Source: an uncultured bacterium | GTDB lineage: Bacteria > GCA-001730085 | NCBI GenBank assembly: GCA_964565945.1 | Contig: CAZMGY010000021.1 | Location: forward strand, 194,054-226,053 | Reading direction: 5' to 3' | DNA length: 32,000 bases | Part shown: in pieces, positions 8,487 through 14,327 of the stretch | Layout: every line of letters starts with the position of its first letter | Position numbering within the stretch: position 1 is the stretch's first letter | Notes under the pieces: generated by a model | What the model was told of the DNA's origin: nothing | Databases searched by the model: none | Seen by the model: the letters and a program-made list of their open reading frames with translations, nothing else | Position numbers and translations under genes: made by a program

Positions 8487-9229
8487 TGCGAGTGGCTTTG
8501 ATTCAGATGATGGCGAACAATAATCTGCGACGGATTGAAGTGTTGCTAAAGTAAGCCCACTCTGAGGGAGCGAACGTGGCGTTGTTGCCAGAAACCTGTG
8601 TTTTTCGTGGAGCGATGGAGGATTATCCTAACGAGGTAGCTCATTACGAAAAACTTCAACAGACCTTTGCCTCATTGGCTTGTAGTTTGAAGTTAGCCAT
8701 TTATGTGGGATCATTGCACGAACCGTGCAATGATGAAAGTGGACTTTATTGGAATACCGCGCTTTTTTATTCGTCGCAAGGAGAGTGTTTGGGGCGTTAT
8801 CGCAAGCAGCATTTGTTTTGCTTAAAGAGTGCTGAGCTTTCTGTTGATGAATCTCTTACATTTCGAACTGGGTACGATGATTGTGTGGTGGCCTACGACG
8901 ATTGGCGTTGGGGCTTATCCATTTGTTTCGATCTCCGGTTTCCAGAAATGTATCGTCGCTATCAAAGAAAAGGTGTAGAGATTCTTGTGGTTTCGGCTGT
9001 CTTTACTTATCAAACGGGAGAAGCGCATTGGGAAACGCTATTGAGAGCAAGGGCCATTGAAAACCTCTCGTTTGTAGTGGCCATAAATCAGGTTGGGACC
9101 GATGAACGAGGGGTTCGTGCCTATGGCCATACAATGGTTGTGTCTCCTTGGGGCGAAGTCCTATGTCGAATGGACGGAGAACAGGAAGGTCTTTGCGTCT
9201 GGGACCTCGATCGTCAAAAGCTTATCTAA
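8486..9229 (+). pseudogene. Carbon-nitrogen hydrolase (nitrilase superfamily) gene interrupted by an in-frame TAA
   Basis: The ATG at 8486 overlaps the murJ TGA and follows the RBS TAAGGAGGTG. Translation gives MRVALIQMMANNNLRRIEVLLK, then TAA (8552-8554), then AHSEGANVALLPET... in the same frame. The catalytic E (LLPE), K (YRKQHLF) and C (LSICFDLRFPE) all lie downstream of the stop. A 3' frameshift near 9215-9225 is possible: the DLDRQK frame ends, while LSKPMPCYPCRKK continues in the +1 frame. Confidence 0.7.
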
Positions 9230-9407
9230 GCCCATGCCTTGTTATCCTTGCCGTAAAAAACTTTGTCGATATTTTGAATAGGGGGAGGCTTGCCCAGGGT
9301 TTTGGACTTAGGCGTTTTCTTTATCTAAGTGCTAAAAGATTTGCTGTGCGAGGGGTTCCTAGTCCCAAAAAAGCTTACTCAGTTTAAAAGGTTGCTTAGG
9401 ACTTAAA

Positions 9408-9431
9408 CAAGCGCAGTGTGCTTGCTTTTTG
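9408..9431 (+). terminator. Candidate intrinsic terminator downstream of the murJ / CN-hydrolase unit
   Basis: CAAGCGC-AGT-GTGCTTG forms a 7-bp stem with one G-T pair and a 3-nt loop. It is followed by CTTTTTG. Confidence 0.35.
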
Positions 9432-9470
9432 TATTATCCAATAAGTATACTTTACAAAGCATAAAGTGTA
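9422..9470 (+). promoter_or_regulatory. Promoter-like element P1 with an overlapping inverted repeat (candidate operator)
   Basis: TTGCTT (9422-9427), an 18-nt spacer, then TATACT (9446-9451). The inverted repeat is TATACTTTAC-AAAGC-ATAAAGTGTA (9446-9470). Its core ACTTTA-N7-TAAAGT is perfect. Confidence 0.35.
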
Positions 9471-9522
9471 GATCTTATAGCAAACTATGGAATGTGTAGA
9501 ATAAAAACTATAGAGTGGAAGG

Positions 9523-9551
9523 TTTACAAAATAATATATACTTTATATAAT
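9523..9551 (+). promoter_or_regulatory. Near-consensus sigma70-type promoter P2 upstream of the MerR/secretin cluster
   Basis: TTTACA (9523-9528), a 17-nt spacer, then TATAAT (9546-9551). It lies 60 nt upstream of the MerR start. The spacer contains TATACTTTA (9537-9545), the same 9-mer as in the P1 palindrome. Confidence 0.45.
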
Positions 9552-9610
9552 CTGTAACATTAATGGTGTGTCGAACGTTTGGGGTTGAGGGGTTCGGATC
9601 GAGGAGCTGA

Positions 9611-9877
9611 TTGTTGGAAAAATTGTACCGTATTGGGGAAATTATGGAATACAGTGGTTTGTCTCGGCAAACTGTGCATTTATATACGCAGATGCGCCTG
9701 ATTCAAGAAAAGAAACGAACCCATTCTGGCTACCGGCTCTATGATGAATACGTCTTTAAACAAATAGAAATCATCAAAGCCTTACAGGCCTTAGGTTATA
9801 CCCTTTTAGAAATCAAAGATATCTGTGATCAGGGAAAAGTTAAGGAAGCATTCAAGAAACATGGGGTGAAGTTATGA
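9611..9877 (+). CDS. Small MerR-family HTH protein (88 aa) that lacks the long dimerisation helix and effector domain
   Basis: YRIGEIMEYSGLSRQTVHLYTQMRLIQEKKRTHSGYRLYDEYVFKQIEIIKALQALGYTLLEIKDI matches the MerR winged-HTH pattern. The RBS GAGGAG is at 9600-9605. The stop overlaps the next gene's start as ATGA (9874-9877). Confidence 0.8.
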   Translation: MLEKLYRIGEIMEYSGLSRQTVHLYTQMRLIQEKKRTHSGYRLYDEYVFKQIEIIKALQALGYTLLEIKDICDQGKVKEAFKKHGVKL

Positions 9878-11769
9878 GTAAACAAGATCTTCGTGGCCAA
9901 GTTTTGCTTAATGCAGGAGTGATCAATCAAGCGCAATTGGATAAAGCTCTAGAAATTCAAAAAGATAGTATGCAACGTATTGGGCATGTTTTGGTGGATG
10001 CTGGATTTATTTCGGAGGAGGAAATGTTATTGGCGATGGAGCGTCAGAGCGGCATCCCTTGGATCAAATTAAGACTATCGGATATTCAAGGCAGTGCCAT
10101 TGCTTTGATGTCTCAAGATATTGCTCAACGTTATGCGTGTTGTCCCGTTAAAGAAGAAGGAGAGATCTTGACGGTAGCTATTTCGGATCCTTTATCGTAC
10201 GAAGATATCGACGACATCCGCTTGGTTGTGAAAAAAGAGATCGAGCTTATTCTTGTTTCGGAGTCCAGTGTTTTAAGAGCGTTGAATCAATTTTACGAAA
10301 TTGATCCGAAAGAGGTTTTTGCGACGATGACGCCCAAACCTCATGAGAGTGAAATAGTTGAGGTCGAAGAGGTTCTTGAGGATGTATCGCGAGAAGATAA
10401 TATTGTACCAGTTGAGCTTGCGCCGTCTTCCGAAGTTGCTCCAGAGATATTTTCCGAAGAACCTGTGGAGGAAGAGATTTCCGAAGTGGTGGTTGAACCT
10501 GAGCTTGTGTCTATTCCCGAAAGTGAATCCGAAACGGATACGGCACAAAACCTAATAGACGAGAGTGAAGAACCTGTTGCCACTGTGCCCGAGGTTAAAG
10601 AAACGCTTGTCGAAGAGCCCCTTGTTTGGCTGGACAAAATGGAGGAGCAGGATTTTTGGGATCTTGTTCTTGATGAGGTTGATTTAGCGAGTGATATTTA
10701 TTTAGAAAATGACCCTGAAAATCTTAAAGTTCGCTATCGTGCGGATGGCGTGATTGTCAAAGAACAACTGATAAGCAAAAAGTCGCCCGTGTATCAAAAA
10801 TATTGGGAGGTTTTGTTGAAATGGAATGCTCAGTCGATGCAAGGGCCTATTCAGTCTTTGTTTGCCAATGTTGGTCGTTTGCAAAGGCGAGTCAAGTTGA
10901 CCTTTCTTTCGGATCGTTATGGACAGGATGTGCATTTGAAATGTTTATTTTACGAAGAACCTGTGACGAGTTTTGATCACTTGGGACTGAATGAGTTTTG
11001 CCATCAGCAATTGGAAGCATTCTTGATGCGAAAAAAAGGTGTTCTCCTTTTGTTGGGCGATGCCGATTCGGGTTTGAGTACGACGCTTAGGGTGTTGGGA
11101 CGATCTTTGTCGCAGCAAAAACGAAAGGTTCTTAGTTTTGAGCGTTTTATCGAATATGATGTTCCGGATATTTACCAATTTGAATCAGAGTCGTTTGAAC
11201 TAGGGTATATCTATCAAGACATGAGTAAAATTTTCGATATTAATCCCGATGTTTTTATCTTTGCTAATTTGCCTCAGCCAGCCTGGGCACATTTTTTGCT
11301 TGAGGCTTCTTTTTCTGGGAAATTAGTTGTTTTAGGAATGAATGCAAAAAACCTTAATAGTGTTTTTGTCAAAATTGAAGAATTAGGCGTGCACAAAAAC
11401 ATTTTTATTAACGAGATTGATTGCGTGCTTCGCCAAAGTTTATTTCGTCTTAATTGTCCTGGATGTGGGGATATTGATGAAAAATCTTCCGAGCATGATA
11501 TGAAGTATTTACTAGGGGAAGGTCTTTTCTATAAAGGGACTGGCTGTGAGTTATGTTATGCAACGGGTTATCAAGGGCGTCGAGCTATTTTTGATGTCTT
11601 GGAGGTTGATGAAGCTGTCAAAGAGTTGATGAAAAATGATATCACCGAAAAAGATATTAGTAAGATGCGTGCGGAGCAAGGTGGCGTTAGCTTGGCACAA
11701 GAGGCTGTCAGAATGATACAGGAACGGTACACGTCAATAGAGGAAGTTCAGAGAATTGGATTGGTTTAA
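9874..11769 (+). CDS. GspE/PilB/MshE-family protein with an MshEN-type N-domain, an acidic linker, and a catalytically degenerate ATPase core (pseudo-ATPase)
   Basis: The N-domain reads LRGQVLLNAGVINQAQLDKALEIQ-KDSMQ-RIGHVLVDAGFISEEEMLLAMERQ...ILTVAISDPL. The N2 region reads LASDIYLENDPENLKVRYRADGVIV. The P-loop position reads GDADSGLSTTL instead of GPTGSGKSTTL. The Asp box is SFERFIEY, the Walker B region is NPDVFIFANLPQ, and the His box is SGKLVVLGMNAK. The tetracysteine site is retained: CPGCG...GCELCYATGYQGRRAIFDVLEV. Confidence 0.85.
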   Translation: MSKQDLRGQVLLNAGVINQAQLDKALEIQKDSMQRIGHVLVDAGFISEEEMLLAMERQSGIPWIKLRLSDIQGSAIALMSQDIAQRYACCPVKEEGEILTVAISDPLSYEDIDDIRLVVKKEIELILVSESSVLRALNQFYEIDPKEVFATMTPKPHESEIVEVEEVLEDVSREDNIVPVELAPSSEVAPEIFSEEPVEEEISEVVVEPELVSIPESESETDTAQNLIDESEEPVATVPEVKETLVEEPLVWLDKMEEQDFWDLVLDEVDLASDIYLENDPENLKVRYRADGVIVKEQLISKKSPVYQKYWEVLLKWNAQSMQGPIQSLFANVGRLQRRVKLTFLSDRYGQDVHLKCLFYEEPVTSFDHLGLNEFCHQQLEAFLMRKKGVLLLLGDADSGLSTTLRVLGRSLSQQKRKVLSFERFIEYDVPDIYQFESESFELGYIYQDMSKIFDINPDVFIFANLPQPAWAHFLLEASFSGKLVVLGMNAKNLNSVFVKIEELGVHKNIFINEIDCVLRQSLFRLNCPGCGDIDEKSSEHDMKYLLGEGLFYKGTGCELCYATGYQGRRAIFDVLEVDEAVKELMKNDITEKDISKMRAEQGGVSLAQEAVRMIQERYTSIEEVQRIGLV

Positions 11770-13252
11770 AAAGCTAAAACAGAAGCTTAAGTCGTTTAAG
11801 AAGATAGGTGTTTTCACTTATGTGGGATTGGATGTTTTAGAAACATCGTTCCCTCAGTATGTGGTTCTTCATAAGACGAAGAAAACATTCTCTTTGTACG
11901 ATTGTGGGCGCATTTTTAATCGAGACGAAGTGTTGGGGAAGATTAAAGATCTTAATGTTAAAGTTGCTGTTTCAATCCCTCGAGATAAGGTGATTGTCCG
12001 TGTGATGGATATTTCTTATCAGGAATCGCAGAGTTTAGTTGAAGTGATTATGGAGCATGCTGAACAGGCGGTTCCCTTTGCTTTAGGGGAATTGTTCTGG
12101 AAATATTTTATTATTAAGAAATCCAAAAATAAAGCGGTTGTTATTTTTTGTGCAGTGACCAAAGAAAAATCGAATCAGTATGCCCAAGAGCTTAAAGGCA
12201 TGGGGCTTAAAAATGTAGTGATGACGGCATCCACCTTGTCTTATGTGAATACCTTCCTTTTTAATCATTGTGATGAGCTTTCGAACAAAAGTTACTTATT
12301 GGTTGATATTGGTATGCGGCAATTAGAGTTGTGCATTATCGAAGACGGTGTTCTTGTTTTGACGCGAAGCTTGAACCTCGGCATCGAATATATGTTGCGT
12401 ATGCTTATGGATAAGTTCGATATTGATTTTCCTACAGCTCAAAAAGTTGTGTTTGGAGCACCTAAAAACAAAGAAGAACCTGAGGAGGAAACGCTTTTGA
12501 ATGAAACGGTTGTACGTGAAGTTTTTCATGTTTGGACCGAGCGTGTCTTGCGCGAAATAGAGTTAGCGAAAAGGTTTTATGCTAGCAAATACGCCAAAAA
12601 AATCGACAGCTTAGTCATGAGCGGTTGCCCGATTCAATATGGTTACGATTTGGATTATATTGCGAATGTGATGAGCAAGCACTTTGACCTAGAAACGATG
12701 CTGTTAGACCCTCTGAAAAATGCTATTTTGGATCACCAATCCCTTGTGCATCAAGAGGATTTGCAACAGATCAATAGCTTGGCGATTCCTATGGGCTTGG
12801 CGCTTCAGTTGGTTAAGCAAGCTCCTCTGATGATCAATTTGAATGGGCAAGACAAAGATATTCGTGAAGAGAGTTCTTATTGGTCACATATGGCGGGACA
12901 AAAAAACAAAGTTTTGGCCATAGGTGTTGGCATTATTTTGTGTGTGTTGGCAGCCCAGAGTTATTTTATTAAAAAATCTCAGATCAAGAAAAATAAAGTT
13001 CTCAAATCGGAATATGTCTTGAGTCAAAAACAAGCAGTGACCTTTAAAAAGAAAATAAAAAAGCAAAAAGAAAAATTGGGACGTATTCATATTCCTCAAA
13101 GTCTTTTTTTAGATGTTCATACCTATTTTTCTCAAAAGAAGCAGGAGGAGTCCACACTAAGGTATGAGAAGTATTTGTTTCAATCTGGGAAGGGGATTGT
13201 TTATGCCAAGGATGCCGAGGGGCAAGAAGTGATTGAAGAGGTGACGTTATGA
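11756..13252 (+). CDS. GspL-like protein: a PilM-type actin-like cytoplasmic domain fused through one TM helix to a short PilN-like periplasmic coiled coil
   Basis: PilM-like blocks are FTYVGLDVLETS, KVAVSIPRDKVIVRVMDI and YLLVDIGMRQLELCIIEDGVLVLTRSLNLGIEYM. The TM helix is VLAIGVGIILCVLAAQSYFI. A Lys-rich coiled segment follows. The TTG start at 11756 overlaps the end of the upstream gene by 14 nt. Confidence 0.65.
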   Translation: MDWFKKLKQKLKSFKKIGVFTYVGLDVLETSFPQYVVLHKTKKTFSLYDCGRIFNRDEVLGKIKDLNVKVAVSIPRDKVIVRVMDISYQESQSLVEVIMEHAEQAVPFALGELFWKYFIIKKSKNKAVVIFCAVTKEKSNQYAQELKGMGLKNVVMTASTLSYVNTFLFNHCDELSNKSYLLVDIGMRQLELCIIEDGVLVLTRSLNLGIEYMLRMLMDKFDIDFPTAQKVVFGAPKNKEEPEEETLLNETVVREVFHVWTERVLREIELAKRFYASKYAKKIDSLVMSGCPIQYGYDLDYIANVMSKHFDLETMLLDPLKNAILDHQSLVHQEDLQQINSLAIPMGLALQLVKQAPLMINLNGQDKDIREESSYWSHMAGQKNKVLAIGVGIILCVLAAQSYFIKKSQIKKNKVLKSEYVLSQKQAVTFKKKIKKQKEKLGRIHIPQSLFLDVHTYFSQKKQEESTLRYEKYLFQSGKGIVYAKDAEGQEVIEEVTL

Positions 13253-13791
13253 AAAAGTTACAAGAACTTTGGCAACATTTCAACTTCTTTTCCTTCAATC
13301 ATCGAAGTGTCCTCATTGTGGGAGGGGGTTTTCTTATTTTGCTTATCGCTATTTTATGGATGAAAAGTCAAAGCCGAGCGTATTGCAATGAGAATGCCTT
13401 GTTAGAGCATCAAATTCATAAGTTTTGGGTCGAATATCAAAAGTTCCAGCAGAAAAATCACAAAGAGATAATGGCGATCAAAGAGATTGGCGTTCTCAAA
13501 AATGATAAGCAGATTGCCAAAGAGGGTAAGCGTCTTCGAGAAAAAATGATTAAAATAACTGAGCAAGCTATTTGGAGTGTGGATACTTTGCCTGCCAAAA
13601 AAGATAAGGGGATTATCAAACTAAGTTTTTTGCTCAAGTTTTCAAAGCCAACTTTGGCTAAAATTATGCAGGTGATTTATGTTTTAGAACAAGATGAAGA
13701 GTTGTTTTTTATTGACGAAATTGAGCTCACTAAGGGTGGAGCAGGTGTTAGTGCTAAACTCCTTTTAAAGAGGCTATACATTGCGAGGTAA
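13249..13791 (+). CDS. GspM/PilO-like bitopic inner-membrane assembly protein
   Basis: The architecture is a short cytoplasmic N-terminus, a TM helix (VLIVGGGFLILLIAILWM), a coiled coil, then a C-terminal alpha/beta unit (IIKLSFLLKFSKPTLAKIMQVIYVLEQDEELFFIDEIELTK). Its position is between the GspL-like and GspC/PilP-like genes. The ATGA overlaps the upstream stop. The call rests on architecture and context, not on strong motifs. Confidence 0.5.
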   Translation: MKKLQELWQHFNFFSFNHRSVLIVGGGFLILLIAILWMKSQSRAYCNENALLEHQIHKFWVEYQKFQQKNHKEIMAIKEIGVLKNDKQIAKEGKRLREKMIKITEQAIWSVDTLPAKKDKGIIKLSFLLKFSKPTLAKIMQVIYVLEQDEELFFIDEIELTKGGAGVSAKLLLKRLYIAR

Positions 13792-13794
13792 ATT

Positions 13795-14295
13795 GTGAAA
13801 TTTGTTGCTTTGAGAATGATTTTTGTTTTATTGGGACTTTTGGTGACAGGTCAACTCTATGCCGAGGCCAAAGCTTTTCAAAAAACGCCTTTGGACGAGT
13901 GGGATGTGTACAGGGGGGCGTTTCAGCTAGATATTTTTAGAGAGCCACGTATCGAGACCCAGTCTGTGAATAAGGGAGGAGAGATAGTGGTTTCGTTGGA
14001 TCAAAATCTTGGAATAGAGGCTGATGAGATGATGCAATCTCTTCAAGATATGGTGAGTTTGCCCCCCCCCGAAGAATGTATTGATATCGATTGGGCTTTG
14101 TACGATATCACAATCACGGGTGTCGGGTTTGTGAGTGGTCGTCCTAAAATCTTTTTTGAAAACAGGGCGACGGGAAAAAGTTATTATCTTGCCCAAGGGC
14201 AAGAAGAAGATGGAATTCGTGTTGAACAAATCAGGCGATTGGCTATTATTTTTAGAATTCAAGGGCAAAAGCTTAAGATTGATCGCCAATTTTAG
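13795..14295 (+). CDS. GspC/PilP-like periplasmic protein (signal peptide plus a small beta domain)
   Basis: The GTG start follows GAGG. The signal peptide is MKFVALRMIFVLLGLLVTGQLYA|EA. The C-terminal segment ITGVGFVSGRPKIFFENRATGKSYYLAQGQEEDGIRVEQIRRLAIIFRIQGQKLKI resembles the PilP / GspC-HR pattern. The gene lies immediately upstream of the secretin. Confidence 0.5.
   Translation: MKFVALRMIFVLLGLLVTGQLYAEAKAFQKTPLDEWDVYRGAFQLDIFREPRIETQSVNKGGEIVVSLDQNLGIEADEMMQSLQDMVSLPPPEECIDIDWALYDITITGVGFVSGRPKIFFENRATGKSYYLAQGQEEDGIRVEQIRRLAIIFRIQGQKLKIDRQF
14062..14070 (+). repeat. Homopolymer C9 inside the GspC/PilP-like gene
   Basis: Read directly: agttt g ccccccccc gaag. It encodes LPPPEE. Confidence 0.9.
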
Positions 14296-14327
14296 TATAA
14301 TAGTTTCGTGATGGAGGAAGTGTGTGC

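Noticed and set aside
9230-9610. The 380-bp intergenic region as a possible home for a small RNA, riboswitch or tRNA
   Set aside because: I could find no cloverleaf, no conserved riboswitch core and no SRP/6S/tmRNA-like motif by eye. Only promoter-like, palindromic and terminator-like elements were found. A covariance-model scan (Rfam/Infernal) would be needed to exclude an ncRNA.
10273-10637. Antisense ORFs of 91 and 98 aa and a sense alternative-frame ORF across the acidic linker
   Set aside because: The Ser/Thr/Gly-rich or Arg/Phe-rich translations are the expected reverse or alternate-frame readout of GAA/GAG/GTT-rich low-complexity coding sequence.
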